From: Diplonema japonicum
Lineage: Eukaryota > Protista > Euglenozoa: Diplonemea
Length of the DNA: 64,000 nucleotides
Assembly (NCBI GenBank): GCA_964019335.1
Contig: OZ025664.1
Coordinates: 310,001 to 374,000 of the forward strand
Direction of reading: 5' to 3'
Each line of letters begins with the position of its first letter. Within the stretch, counting starts at the first letter, position 1. Below are positions 1-11,172 of the stretch, in pieces. The notes beneath the pieces were generated by a model. The model did not search any database. It saw only the letters and a program-made list of their open reading frames with translations, and was not told where the DNA came from. The translations under genes and the position numbers were made by a program.

Positions 1-2151
1 GGTGACTGCTTCTTCGTGCTGCCTGCCGGCGCAAGCTTCGACTGCACTGTGCAGGGGACTGTGAACTTCATCGGTGCGCACGCCGCGCAGATGTCTGCCT
101 CGTTGGTCTCAAAGACGGCGACTGACGTGCCCTGCGCTGGCGCTTCCTGCTCGTACACAAACTCTAAGAACTCTGACATGTGGGTTGCCCAGTCCTTCGA
201 GGCATCGGGCTCTGGTACCAACAGCATGTCCTGCAGCTACAACAACGTCGAAGTGTGCGCCTACTCAGTGGGCTCCCTTGGCGGCTACTCTTGCAACTAC
301 TTCCTCCCCGCAGGGGCCACCGTGAACTGCAAGGTCGACCAGGGGTCTTTCCGCATGCTCTCCTCTGCTGGTGCCTCTACGATGAGGAGTTACCTGCCTG
401 CGTCAGCCCAGACTGACACGCACTTCTCGTGCCCCAACATGACCGGCACGCAGCCCAACCTGTGCGACTGCTCGTACACGAACCCCCATGCTGACAAGGA
501 CCTCGTGGTGACGGTGGCCTCGTCCAGCGTCGACAACAACTACAACTCGTTCCACTGCTACTTCGGTGGTGCCAACGTGTGCGCTTGGGGGTCGAACACC
601 AACAACCAGGGCAACGGTGGTGGCTGCTACTTCATCCTTCCCGCAGGACAGCAGCTGCAATGCCAGATGGAGTGGGGTGCCGCTGCCTTCTCCGTGAGCA
701 CCGCCGTGACCACCAACGGGACTTTGTTCTCTTCCAACGCGAAGGTTGCCAAGAGGGCCGCACCCATCGAGGAGCCTGTCGACATGACCATGTCGCTGGA
801 GAAGCAGCAGTCCGTCTTCACCTCGTGGAAGAGGCAGCACAACAAGGTCTACGCGTCCAAGGCTGAGGAGGAGGTGAAATTCCAGAACTTCAGGAAGCAC
901 TTGAGCATCTTCCACAAGAGGGGCAACAGCCTGGACAAGACCCTCCCCAACAGCCTCGCTGACTGGTCGAAGGCTGAGTTCGAGACCTACCTGAGGGACT
1001 GCTCGAAGGGGATGGAGGGTGTGGAGATGCCGACCACACCTGCAGAGTACGTCATCACCGAGAAGGACATCAAGGACGCACCCGTGTCTGTGGACTGGAG
1101 GACGAAGGGTGTCGTGACCCCCGTGAAGAACCAGGGCCAGTGCGGGAGCTGCTGGAGCTTTTCTGCAACTGGTGCGATGGAGAGCGCGTGGGCTATCGCT
1201 GGGAACTCGTTGACCTCGCTGTCTGAGCAGGAGCTCGTGAGCTGCGACAACCGCGACGGGAACGAGGGCTGCGGAGGCGGGTGGCCGTACCTCGCTATGG
1301 AGTACGTGAAGCAGAACGGGGACGCGACAGAGGCCTCGTACCCGTACGTGTCTGGAAACGGGAACGCACCTGCCTGCAGCAGCGGCCACACGATGGCAGA
1401 CGTCAAGGTGACCGGCTACATGAACGTGAACAAGACAGAAGAGGCCATGGCTGCCGCCGTCGCCAAGTACGGTCCCGTGTCGATTGCATTGGATGCCATG
1501 ACGCAGCTGTGGTGGCCGTACACTGGCGGGATCATGACGGGGTGCTGCAACCACCAGCCTGACCACGCGGTGCTCATCGTTGGTTACGGCGAGGACCAGG
1601 GAACCAAGTACTGGCTCATCAAGAACTCGTGGGGTGCGTCGTGGGGTGAGAACGGGTACGTCAGGCTGGAGAGGGGAACCAACCAGTGCGGGATCACATC
1701 GTCCCCAGTGCTTCCTGTGGTGCAGGGCAGCGGGCCTGGGCCCACTCCCCCTTCGCCCCCCACTCCGCCCAGCCCCCCGTCCCCGCCTACCCCCCCTACC
1801 CCGTCTGGCAGCTGCCCGTCGGAGTGCGTTGCGTCGTCCAGCAACGGGATGAACACCTGCACGTGGAAGAACAACACCAACAGTGTCATCATCCCGCCTT
1901 CGTCTACTGTGCTGCCCGATTGCTCGTACTTCGCGAAGTACGGTTCCTTCAGCTACATCTGGAACGGCACCGTGGCCAACCCTGCGAGCTACCCCTGCCC
2001 CCCCTCCGCAACCCACCAGGAGGGCAAGAACTCCGAGGAGTTCTGCGTCTTCTACAACGGCATGAACGGTCTCAACATCCCCACAGGTGCTACCGTTGAC
2101 TGCTCCGCCCTGGTCTCCACGGGCTCGTTCTCTTACTCCTACTCGCAGTAA
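1..2151 (+). CDS. Papain-family (C1A, cathepsin L-like) cysteine protease with N-terminal Cys-rich repeats and a C-terminal extension; 5' end outside the window
   Basis: Frame is open from base 1. Contains an I29-like prodomain (F..WK..HNKVY), mature start APVSVDWR, and catalytic motifs QGQCGSCW, DHAVLIVGYG and YWLIKNSWG. A Pro/Thr linker precedes the C-terminal domain. Confidence 0.93.
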   Translation, partial: GDCFFVLPAGASFDCTVQGTVNFIGAHAAQMSASLVSKTATDVPCAGASCSYTNSKNSDMWVAQSFEASGSGTNSMSCSYNNVEVCAYSVGSLGGYSCNYFLPAGATVNCKVDQGSFRMLSSAGASTMRSYLPASAQTDTHFSCPNMTGTQPNLCDCSYTNPHADKDLVVTVASSSVDNNYNSFHCYFGGANVCAWGSNTNNQGNGGGCYFILPAGQQLQCQMEWGAAAFSVSTAVTTNGTLFSSNAKVAKRAAPIEEPVDMTMSLEKQQSVFTSWKRQHNKVYASKAEEEVKFQNFRKHLSIFHKRGNSLDKTLPNSLADWSKAEFETYLRDCSKGMEGVEMPTTPAEYVITEKDIKDAPVSVDWRTKGVVTPVKNQGQCGSCWSFSATGAMESAWAIAGNSLTSLSEQELVSCDNRDGNEGCGGGWPYLAMEYVKQNGDATEASYPYVSGNGNAPACSSGHTMADVKVTGYMNVNKTEEAMAAAVAKYGPVSIALDAMTQLWWPYTGGIMTGCCNHQPDHAVLIVGYGEDQGTKYWLIKNSWGASWGENGYVRLERGTNQCGITSSPVLPVVQGSGPGPTPPSPPTPPSPPSPPTPPTPSGSCPSECVASSSNGMNTCTWKNNTNSVIIPPSSTVLPDCSYFAKYGSFSYIWNGTVANPASYPCPPSATHQEGKNSEEFCVFYNGMNGLNIPTGATVDCSALVSTGSFSYSYSQ

Positions 2152-2647
2152 AGTCTTTGCTAGGCTTTGCTTGAATGTTCCCGTGGTCGAAACGTGTGCC
2201 GTGGTTTTCACAAAAAAAAAAAAAAAAGAACTCTGAGCGCGTGACAGAAAATTAAAAGTCCGCTCTTATTCTCCACTGTTGTCCGTTGAATTTAAAAAAA
2301 AAGAGAGAATGTATGTTCTCGTCGTTTTTCTTTTTGTTTTCCCTTCTTTAGAATGCTTACATTCTGGGGAAGGGTAAGAATTGGAGGGGGGGGAGAAGAA
2401 AGAGAAGTAGAGAGAGAAAAGGGTACGAGGGGGCGTGACGCAATGTTGCCCTCTCAAGTATTTCTTTTCACTCTTTCTCTTTCTCCCCCCGTTTTATTTT
2501 TTTCTCTTCCCCCCCCTTCATATTCCTTCTTTTTTTTCATACCTCTCGCTTTCTTAGTTTCCCCCCTCCCCCCTTTTTTTTCTCTTATAATTTACCACGA
2601 AAACCCGCAAAACCAAGTCAGGGAGGAGGGAAAGAAAAAGAAAAAAA

Positions 2648-3703
2648 ATGCCGTCGTTTGCACTACACCCCAATTTTGGGGGATATGCTGTTGAATACTC
2701 ACCGTGGGGCGGTGACAGGCTGGCAGTTTGCGCAGCAGAGAATTTCGGTGTACAGGGAAGCGGCAAATTATACGTTTTGAACAACCCAATGGGACAAGGC
2801 CCGATACAGCTTGAGACGTGCGTGGCAAGCGAAGACGGGATATTTGATCTAGCATGGTCGGAGGTGAACCCACAGCTCATCGTGGCGGCATGCGGCGACA
2901 GCTCCATAAAAATTTACAACACAATGACATGCGGTGAGACAGGAAGGCCGGAGTCCGTAATGCGGCATAATCAAGGCGAGGTGTATTCAGCGAACTGGAA
3001 CCCGATCTCAAAGCAAACAATCGTGACAGGATGCTGGAACAGAGAGATCAAACTGTGGAACCCCATGACCGGTGCATGCTTGATGACAACAGTAGAACAT
3101 CAGAAAGAAGTCTACAATACTGTTTGGAATCCTAAGAACAACGAACTTTTCGCGTCATGCTCTGGAGACGGGACCTTCAAACTATGGGACGTACGACAGG
3201 GAGCATCCTTGCTAACTCACGTAGGCCACGGTGGTGACATTATCTTATCATGTGATTGGAACAAATATGATGCGAACGTGTTGGTGACAAGTGGAGTGGA
3301 CCGAATGGTGAATATGTGGGATGTCCGTCAGCCGCAACAACCTCTTCTGATGCTTCGCGGGCATCAGTCTGCCGTTCGTAGGGTGAAGTGTTCACCGCAT
3401 TCTAGGAATCTTATTCTAAGTTCTGGGTACGATTTTCAGGTTTGTCTCTTTGATACTGATAGGCAGCAGCCTCTCAGCCAGCGGTATGTGCAGCATAAGG
3501 AGTTTGTTGTGGGGTGTGATTGGTCTCTTGAGCATGCTGGTGTTGTTGCGTCTACTGGTTGGGACAGCCTGCTCTATACCTGGCGGCTTGGTTCGCCTGT
3601 CGTTCCCACCCACGCCGCGCAACCACCTCTCCCTCCCTGCCCCCCACCGCCTAGGCCCGGGCAGCCTGCTATCGGGCCGCCGCCTCCTTTGCCTCCTCGT
3701 TAA
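2648..3703 (+). CDS. PEX7: Peroxin 7, PTS2 receptor (WD40)
   Basis: N-terminal GYAVEYSP...ENFGVQGSGKLYVL, DGIFDLAWSE, ILSCDWNKY and HKEFVVGCDWS match PEX7. The Pro-rich C-terminal tail resembles kinetoplastid PEX7. Confidence 0.92.
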   Translation: MPSFALHPNFGGYAVEYSPWGGDRLAVCAAENFGVQGSGKLYVLNNPMGQGPIQLETCVASEDGIFDLAWSEVNPQLIVAACGDSSIKIYNTMTCGETGRPESVMRHNQGEVYSANWNPISKQTIVTGCWNREIKLWNPMTGACLMTTVEHQKEVYNTVWNPKNNELFASCSGDGTFKLWDVRQGASLLTHVGHGGDIILSCDWNKYDANVLVTSGVDRMVNMWDVRQPQQPLLMLRGHQSAVRRVKCSPHSRNLILSSGYDFQVCLFDTDRQQPLSQRYVQHKEFVVGCDWSLEHAGVVASTGWDSLLYTWRLGSPVVPTHAAQPPLPPCPPPPRPGQPAIGPPPPLPPR

Positions 3704-3752
3704 AAAAAAAAAAAGAAAAAGAAAACATGGGAGAGAAAAAATGTGGATTAGT

Positions 3753-3792
<40 letters not shown>

Positions 3793-4393
3793 GGGCAGCA
3801 AGACTTTTTGATTGGGTCAAGGTGCGTAACGACACCTCCCCTTAAGCGAGGTGGTTGGCTGAGAGACAAGAATAAGATGTCATCTTGAATGAGATCGGGG
3901 AGGGCAGGGGATTCTTTTTTTCCTCGGAGGGGGCATGTGAAAAATCTATACCAAGGATTTTTTTTCTTCCTTCTGTGGAGGAGGGAGGGGAGGGGAGGGG
4001 AGGGGGGACTTACCCGTTATGTTTTTTTTTTCCTTCTTTCTTTCTTCCTTGCAGCATTTTTTTTTTTTTTTCTATTAAACAAAAGAAGTTACGATATTTG
4101 AAAATGTTTTTTTATTATTATTATTATTATTATATTTTTCCCTTCTCGAACCCCTCCCCCCCTCATCCCCTTCCTAAAAGAAAGAAAAAAAAAATCTTAT
4201 TTTTGAGAGAAGCACAATCGTTCAAAAGCTTTTTTTTTTTAAATCTTTTTTTTTTCTAAACCAACAAAAGACAAATATAGTCATTAAGTCCGAACGTCCA
4301 TATCCAGCAACCTGTCAAAGCTGTTTTAAAGTCCGGAATGTCTCCTTCCTTTTTCCCAAAAAAAAAAAAAAAAAAAAAAAATGAAAGGGTTTG

Positions 4394-4425
<32 letters not shown>

Positions 4426-4432
<7 letters not shown>

Positions 4433-5004
4433 GACCGTGGCATACTAATTGGAAGAATTTGAAATTAACAACACCCAAAACCTCCTTGATCCAGGGGGGT
4501 GTCAGGAAGGTGCACTCCACTTACAATGGATCAGTCGAATTGGTAGAGGAGTACGATGTCATTACGGACAAACTGCAAACACGGAAATGGAGGGTGGACA
4601 CTCGGCTGGGCGGAGAGGGGAAGTGGGAGGTGGAAGTGGGGTCGGAACCACCAATTGGGAATGAACTCCTGGTAGCCGCTGCCTCAACACCTCTATTATC
4701 ACGTGTTGACACGAGTACTGTGTTTGAGTGGAGGGTGAGGAACCTTCCCTACCCCAGGGAAGTGTATTCCTTGACCATTGATGCCCCATCTGAGATCACC
4801 ATACGCACCACTAATAAAAAGTATTTCAAAAAGATCCTTGTTCCCGATATGCTACGAGGGGGGCTCGCGCTCGAGCAGTCTTCGCTGTCGTGGACCCATG
4901 CCCACAACACCTTGGTCGTTTCGTATGTGAAGCCGAAGCAAATTTTGCAAGAAGAGGCAGCGGCAGCCGACGAACGCAAGAAAATGAAGTCCATCCGCAC
5001 TTAA
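4426..5004 (+). CDS. DPCD: DPCD family protein
   Basis: Motifs GVRKVHS...ELVEEYD...RKWR, WEVEVG, FEWRVRNLPYP and IRTTNKKYFK. The real ATG is taken after the A-run at 4426. Confidence 0.9.
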
Positions 5005-5237
5005 AAAAAAAAAAAAAAAAAGAAGAAGAGAAAAATTAATTGCGAAATTGCTTCCCCCCCCTTCTTTTTTAATAGTTTTCCCGATGCAGAAAAAAAAACC
5101 CCCCTTAAGAAAAAAAAAAGTATTGGTTTTTTTTTTTTTTTTTGAAATGGTCTCTCTTTTTCAAGAAGGGGGAAAAAAAAAAAGAAAAGAAAAAGAAAAG
5201 AAAAAAACACACACACCCCCTTAATTTTTTCTTTTTC

Positions 5238-6272
5238 ATGCAAAGCTTCAATGACTCCTTCGATTCTATTGACAAGCTCATAGCATTGCGGAAGAAGAAG
5301 GTCACACTAAGCTCTTCGGTCGGCTCGCGCGAGGGAGCGTTCTTAGCAAGAAGGGGCTCTGCAAGCCCGGTAGGGGGATGGAAAGAAAAAGGCAACGGCG
5401 ACCTTTTAGGTTGGGAAGACACCGGACGGCGGGACTACATCGGCACCGACGAGCACGAGATCTGGTTCTCAGGGAGAGGCTCCGTCCTGTCCGCACCGTA
5501 CGAGGCGGCCAACGACGGTGTGATTCTTGTGACAAATAAAAAATTATACCTCATTTCGGAGCTGGACACCCTTATACATGAAATAGAACTAGATGACATA
5601 GACAACGTTGGGAGCTTCACAGATTTCACGAATATATTCGAAGTCACAACCCCTGACTTCACCGATTATGTTACAGTGCAACCCGCATTCGCTGACGTCT
5701 TCCGAACGGTGATCCCAGAAGCTGTCGATATAGAGAATAGAGGATTGTTGGTTCAACACGCAGCTACTATGGAAATGGGATACGAAGTACAAGTCTTGCT
5801 TGGAATTGCAAAACCCAAAAAAGAAGCCGATCGAAAAAAAATGCGGGAGGGGGGTGTCGAAGAGGAAAAAAGACTTGAACGGGTGTCGGAGGAGAACGAT
5901 AAGCTAACAAGAATGTGCTACCTTTACAAAATCGACGGTTTGTACAGTATTTCCGATCTTTACGCTTCGGAAGCCGCGCAGCATGCCAAGCGTTCCGGAG
6001 CATTGGTGGCAGACCTTGGCTCGTTGCCCGACTGGCGCATCAAGGTTACTGAGCTTCTCGAGCACATTTCGTTTCTAGTGAAGACACCGTCAGCCAATTC
6101 TGTTCTCTTAGAGTGCTATGATCAATTGATACACATTCTAAGCCCTGTTCTCAATACCATTTCCAACCACCAGCTTAAACAATCGACATCGCGTCTACTG
6201 CAACACTGCCAACGGCAGGTTGTAAGCCTGTCAGCCGCATCAGTTAAAAAAACGTATTTCTCGAATGTTTGA
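5238..6272 (+). CDS. Hypothetical protein, possible PH-like N-terminal region
   Basis: ~344-codon ORF with coding-like composition between homopolymer spacers. Confidence 0.7.
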   Translation: MQSFNDSFDSIDKLIALRKKKVTLSSSVGSREGAFLARRGSASPVGGWKEKGNGDLLGWEDTGRRDYIGTDEHEIWFSGRGSVLSAPYEAANDGVILVTNKKLYLISELDTLIHEIELDDIDNVGSFTDFTNIFEVTTPDFTDYVTVQPAFADVFRTVIPEAVDIENRGLLVQHAATMEMGYEVQVLLGIAKPKKEADRKKMREGGVEEEKRLERVSEENDKLTRMCYLYKIDGLYSISDLYASEAAQHAKRSGALVADLGSLPDWRIKVTELLEHISFLVKTPSANSVLLECYDQLIHILSPVLNTISNHQLKQSTSRLLQHCQRQVVSLSAASVKKTYFSNV

Positions 6273-6365
6273 TTTTTTTTTTTCCTTTTTTTTTCCCCTA
6301 AATTTTTCTTGAAATTAGTTTTCAGATACACGGGTTGGAAAAAAAAAAAAAAAAAAAAAAAAAAA

Positions 6366-6818
6366 ATGCGCAGGAGAAGTCTCACCCCACCTGCAGTGAT
6401 GCCCAATGACGTCTGTCAAGGACAGGAATACAGAAGAAGCAATGAATACGTGCTGTGGTGGCAATCTCAAAATGGGCGGCCGGCAAAACTTCTGCCTCCT
6501 GTGGTCACCAAGGACAATATGAAGCTTATATTCCAGATAAGGTACAAGAAGAGCGCTGCTGCCATTGATGAGTACTGCAGCACCCCGCAGTACTCGAGCG
6601 ACGAGGAAACTTGGGAAGAGCAAAGCCGTCCTTCGCAAATTCACCACCAGCAGGAGGTGGAGGAAGTGGAGGAGAGCATGGCTCCTGTTGATCAGCTTGG
6701 GTCACCCAGGGCGCCTGTTCGGGATATCTGGAGTTGTTCTTGTAGCATGATGAATCACATCAGTTTTGCCTACTGTCAAGGCTGCTCGTCGCCTTACTAC
6801 GCTTATGCGGATTATTGA
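6366..6818 (+). CDS. Hypothetical protein with C-terminal RanBP2-type zinc finger
   Basis: ATG follows an A-run. C-terminal WSCSCSMMNHISFAYCQGC fits W-x-C-x(1-2)-C-x3-N-x6-C-x2-C. Confidence 0.7.
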   Translation: MRRRSLTPPAVMPNDVCQGQEYRRSNEYVLWWQSQNGRPAKLLPPVVTKDNMKLIFQIRYKKSAAAIDEYCSTPQYSSDEETWEEQSRPSQIHHQQEVEEVEESMAPVDQLGSPRAPVRDIWSCSCSMMNHISFAYCQGCSSPYYAYADY

Positions 6819-7397
6819 AACGAAAAAAAAAAGAAAAAAAAAAATAGACTTTTCATACCTCTATCCTCTTTTATACTTTTAGGAGGGGGAGAAGGTGGTT
6901 GGCACCTCCCCTTAGGTGAGTCATAGCAGCACAATGGGTAACAGAAGAAGGGAAGGGGGACCAAGTGGTGGGTCTTAATATACTGCTAGCGTAAATGCTA
7001 CATGAACCTCTTCTTAACCTTTTTTTTTTGTCTGCTGTATTTTTCTTTTCTTTTTTTTTTTATTTCTCTAACGCCCTATCTTTCTCTCGAGGGGGGGGTA
7101 TTTTAATCCCCTGTGCCACAGTGCAGATTCATCAGAGATTTGAGGTGTTTTTCACAGTAAGAAAAAAAAAAAAAACTGTTTTGCATCGCTTGTACTATTA
7201 AGGAAAATAACCAACTCATCTATTTTTTTTTTTTCCATGATAAGTGGACAAGGGGGACATTCCAAAGCAGGAACCTCCTTTATCTCATCTCTTTTTCTTC
7301 TTACCGTTCACTTATTTGTTCTGGCAAGCGACTTTCGTCTCAGGGAGTTTGCATGTTAATTTAAGTGTTCCGTAAGTAGAGACCACCCCTTGTAATA

Positions 7398-7437
<40 letters not shown>

Positions 7438-7892
7438 TATTGTTCCTAAAAGCATACTTAAAAAAATGTTAGAAAAGAATTAATTTATAGAAGAAAAAAA
7501 AAAAAAGGAAGAAGAAAAAAAAAAAACTTATTTATTTATGAACCAGCTTTTATTTTCTTTCTTTTTTTTTTTCTCTCCATAAATGCAGGCTTACGAAATA
7601 TCATTCTTGGCCCCACCCTCCCATCCCCTCCTTTTATTATTTTCCCTTACCTCAACAATGCCTAGGCATAACTTTTTTTCAGCTTTGATGAGGGGGTGCT
7701 TTTTTTTTTTTAGCTGCAGTGAATATAGCTGGCTAGAGGTCTCAAGTGAAGGGTGTGTGAAAATTGAGAAGAAAACAGAAGCGGCGAAAGTGGCTGTGAA
7801 CCAAAAGGGGAGGGATGCCTCCCCCCTTTATTTAAAAGATTTTTGTTCTTCTGCTCTCTTGTTAAACATAAGAGAGAAGCTGGGGGAAATTC

Positions 7893-7927
<35 letters not shown>

Positions 7928-8761
7928 AAGCAATTTTTCTCGGACAAGGTGCCAAATCGCAAAAAAAAAAAAAAAAAAAATGTTAAATCAACGTTTCCTG
8001 TAACTTTTATTTGTTTGTGGGGAACTGAGCATACATCTTAAACATAATGCTGGGCATATTACCAGAAACACAAGGGCAGAGGAGCCTTTGTTTCTACCCT
8101 TTCCTTCACGTTGATTTTTTTTTTTGCGTAGTGCGACCAAATGAATCTCCCCCCTCCCCCTCACAAGATTTAACTATGAGCTCCTGAGACGAGTGTTTTT
8201 TTTGGGTGCGTTCCTCTTTTATACGCGATTCTTTAATGCAATTTTCTTTGGATCCCCCTCCCCCCCCCCCCCCCCCCCCCTCTTACTTAAGCTGCACAAG
8301 CAATGTAATCAAAGTGCGAAAAGAAATGAAGGGAAAAAAAAAACCGAAAAAAAAAAGAAGAAAGGCTGCCTCCCTCCCGCCACTAATCACTTTAAAAAAA
8401 AAGAAGAAAAACCCCTTAACCTCTCTTGCTCCCCCCCCCCCCCCCCCATTCTCATAGCTTCTTTTGATGCTTGTCTTTTGTTGTCCCCCGTCCTACTGGC
8501 CTCTCTCTTTTTTTGTTTTTCTTCATATTTCAACTTTTAATTTACGCCTTTTTTTTTGTTTTTCTTCTTTTTTTTTTGTTCCCCTCTCCTTCAATTTACA
8601 CCTCATTCTCCCTCTCTTCTTTCCTTCAACTCTTTTTTTTTTTAAAAAAAAAAAAAAGAAACAAAAGAAAATCTTTTTCATTCAATCTCCTTTTTTTTTC
8701 TCCCCCCCCCTTCCACCAAAACATCCCCCCTTTTTTTTTATCAAACCACCCACCCAGGTTA

Positions 8762-10264
8762 ATGACCGCTCATATCCATGAAGCAGACACCGCAAAAGCT
8801 TTATTACAAGTAGGGTCTGATGAAAGCCACGAGGCAGTGTGTTCAAGAATGATGGCGGGATGGCGACAGGGCACACCATTAAGTGAAATAATGGGTAACC
8901 TGCGCAACCTTGGTGACGTCGAAGAAAAAACTATGGACTTGGTTTACACCGTATTGGAAGAAGCATATAACACTGGGACTGAGTATTCCGTGGTGAAGAC
9001 CTGCTCCATGAGCCTCCCGCAAAACAACAGGACGCAAACACTGATCGGATTCTGCCAGTACAAACAGAACGATTTCAAAGCCGGGTTGGAAACATGGAAC
9101 AAAATCGACAAAAAAACCGAGGGAACCGTTGCAAGCTTGAACATTCTGTGCAAGGCAGGGTTGGGGTGGTCGGTGAGCCCTAATGAAATCCTGTCTTTAA
9201 AGAAACACCGTAGTTCTTTTGAATACACATGCAGAGAACTTCTTCTACGAAAACCATACCAAAACCTTGTGATATCGGTTGTGAAGCAAAGCAACATGCC
9301 AGAGCTCCTTTTGATCTTTCTGACAAAGTTGAGTAGATACGCAGCAGCTGAATCGTTATTGAAGAGTCATCCCCTCACGTCCATTCAAAACCCTGGAAAA
9401 GAACTTCTAACAGCGGTGGGCCTGCTTGCTGTTCACATCCACGATGGTGTTGAAATCCCGCAGCATTTTATCTCAGCGGCAACGGGAGATACTCACAATG
9501 TTCTTTCTGCGGTTCTGCTATGCAGGTGTCGGTACTCCGAGATACCTTTACAACATGTTGCAAACATAGCAAAACAGTTCAACTTGAAACCCTGCCACTC
9601 GAAAATCCCGAAGAAAATACTATTGAAAGGAATCTACCACACCCTGGGATGGATGATGGGTAACGAGAAACCCTGGAAGGACCACTCTTTAACTCCGCTG
9701 CACGGTTTGGAGAACAGGCAGATTGTTATTATGGAAATCGGAAAGAAGGCTGGGAAGGAAGGCGTCCGCGCTGTTCGTGATGCAGGGCTTACCGACGGGA
9801 TGGGTGAGGAATGGGTTGATGTTGTGTTTGCGGTATCGTGCGGGGACAAGGATCTTCTTGAAGAAGTTGTTTCACTGTCTGTTGAAACAAGTCTCTTACA
9901 CCAAGCATCTTTGTGTGTACTGTCACTTCAAGGCAACACAGCTGCCGTGAATCAACTCAAAGCGCTCCCCATTGCCGCGCACTGCCACCCGACCATCACT
10001 TCAGTCTCGGAGCTCTTCACCACACCCTACCCAACCTTTCTCTCTCTCGTAACATCTTCTGAGTGTTCTAGCAGAGTTTTTAACCAAGCGCTTTCCAACC
10101 CGGCTTTGAGCAAGGAGGAGGTTATAACTGTGTTGAAATGGCTTAGCGAGACGGCCCCCGTGCAGCCTGAGTTTTTACAAACTGTTTTAAAGGACAGAGG
10201 CATCCCACCGTCAAAATATTTCGACCGGTTGATACATAACCATGATGTGGCAAATAGGCGGTGA
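8762..10264 (+). CDS. Hypothetical helical (possibly TPR-like) protein
   Basis: ~500-codon ORF starting MTAHIHE after a long pyrimidine-rich spacer. Confidence 0.75.
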   Translation: MTAHIHEADTAKALLQVGSDESHEAVCSRMMAGWRQGTPLSEIMGNLRNLGDVEEKTMDLVYTVLEEAYNTGTEYSVVKTCSMSLPQNNRTQTLIGFCQYKQNDFKAGLETWNKIDKKTEGTVASLNILCKAGLGWSVSPNEILSLKKHRSSFEYTCRELLLRKPYQNLVISVVKQSNMPELLLIFLTKLSRYAAAESLLKSHPLTSIQNPGKELLTAVGLLAVHIHDGVEIPQHFISAATGDTHNVLSAVLLCRCRYSEIPLQHVANIAKQFNLKPCHSKIPKKILLKGIYHTLGWMMGNEKPWKDHSLTPLHGLENRQIVIMEIGKKAGKEGVRAVRDAGLTDGMGEEWVDVVFAVSCGDKDLLEEVVSLSVETSLLHQASLCVLSLQGNTAAVNQLKALPIAAHCHPTITSVSELFTTPYPTFLSLVTSSECSSRVFNQALSNPALSKEEVITVLKWLSETAPVQPEFLQTVLKDRGIPPSKYFDRLIHNHDVANRR

Positions 10265-10304
10265 AGTGGAAAAGGAAAAAAAAAAAAAAAAATCTCTCAT
10301 CTCT

Positions 10305-10346
<42 letters not shown>

Positions 10347-10385
10347 TTCTCAAATCAAAAAAAAAAAAGAAAAAAGGTGGGATCG

Positions 10386-10913
10386 ATGGAGGAAGAACAA
10401 GATGGTCCTCAAAATGAAGGGGAGCATGTTATCTACGGAGTGCCGGTGCGGTCCCCGCAGGGCGACGACGGTGTGGTGGAAGGGATACAGCTGTTGACTA
10501 TTGAAGAAGAGCAAGATACAGGGAGGGTACTGGAAGACAGCGATGTGGCAAATTTCAATATAGAAGAGGAGCTGGCTCTTGACAGAGAAGCGGTGTCCTT
10601 GGCAGAAAAAGTTCGCCGTGGCGCTATCGTAGATATCCTTCTATCCCTTACTCTGCTCCTCAATAGCTTTCCTGTAGTCTTCGTGCTGGTGCTGATCCCT
10701 ATCTTAGGCTATCACGGCGCTTCTACCCTTCAGCTCGAGCACCTCATCTGCCATCTCTTCTACGCCCCTATCATGGTGTTCATACGGGTTCTCATTATTC
10801 TTAATAGCCCAACTCTTACCTATCTTCCACTGCATCTCTTTGCGATATGCATCCATACAGGTCTCCAGTACAACCTTCTTCGGCTTATAATATTTTTGTG
10901 CCGCTCGAGATAA
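10386..10913 (+). CDS. Hypothetical membrane protein
   Basis: Acidic N-terminus followed by 3-4 hydrophobic segments. Confidence 0.7.
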   Translation: MEEEQDGPQNEGEHVIYGVPVRSPQGDDGVVEGIQLLTIEEEQDTGRVLEDSDVANFNIEEELALDREAVSLAEKVRRGAIVDILLSLTLLLNSFPVVFVLVLIPILGYHGASTLQLEHLICHLFYAPIMVFIRVLIILNSPTLTYLPLHLFAICIHTGLQYNLLRLIIFLCRSR

Positions 10914-11050
10914 TCTCGTTTTGTTGGGGAAAATGTTACTTTTATCTATGGTGCCAGTAGAAATGAGTCTGTAGCAAAAGTAACCTTTGAGGTGGGGGTT
11001 TTTTTTTTTGTTACAAATATTTATCCTTCAAAAAAATGATTTTATAACTA

Positions 11051-11172
11051 TATGCAACTTGTGCCGAGCAAAAAACTTTCGCAGCTTTTTAAAAAACCTT
11101 TTTTGCTCGTGCGAACAACAAAGACATATAGTCATAAAGAATTATTTTTCTCCTTCTTTCATTGTTCAGATC
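11051..11172 (+). repeat. Bulged-C hairpin family, copy 1
   Basis: Sequence tatgcaact..gtgccgagcaaaaaa..ttttttgctcgtgcgaacaacaaagacatatagtcataaagaatt, with a perfect 11-bp stem. Related to 27468-27633, 53701-53757 and partly 4261-4288. Confidence 0.65.

Noticed and set aside
403-2211. 602-aa minus-strand ORF, and similar ones such as 41451-42494 and 22959-23723
   Set aside because: Antisense shadows of GC3-rich + strand genes with no recognisable motifs.
7986-8013. aatcaacgtttcctgtaacttttatttg as a relic spliced-leader sequence
   Set aside because: Needs several indels in low-complexity T-rich DNA, and has no SL intron donor or Sm site.
6995-8761. Many short ORFs rich in poly-Phe, poly-Lys or poly-Pro, here and in other spacers, and N-terminal extensions in the ORF track
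   Set aside because: Artefacts of stop-poor homopolymer tracts.
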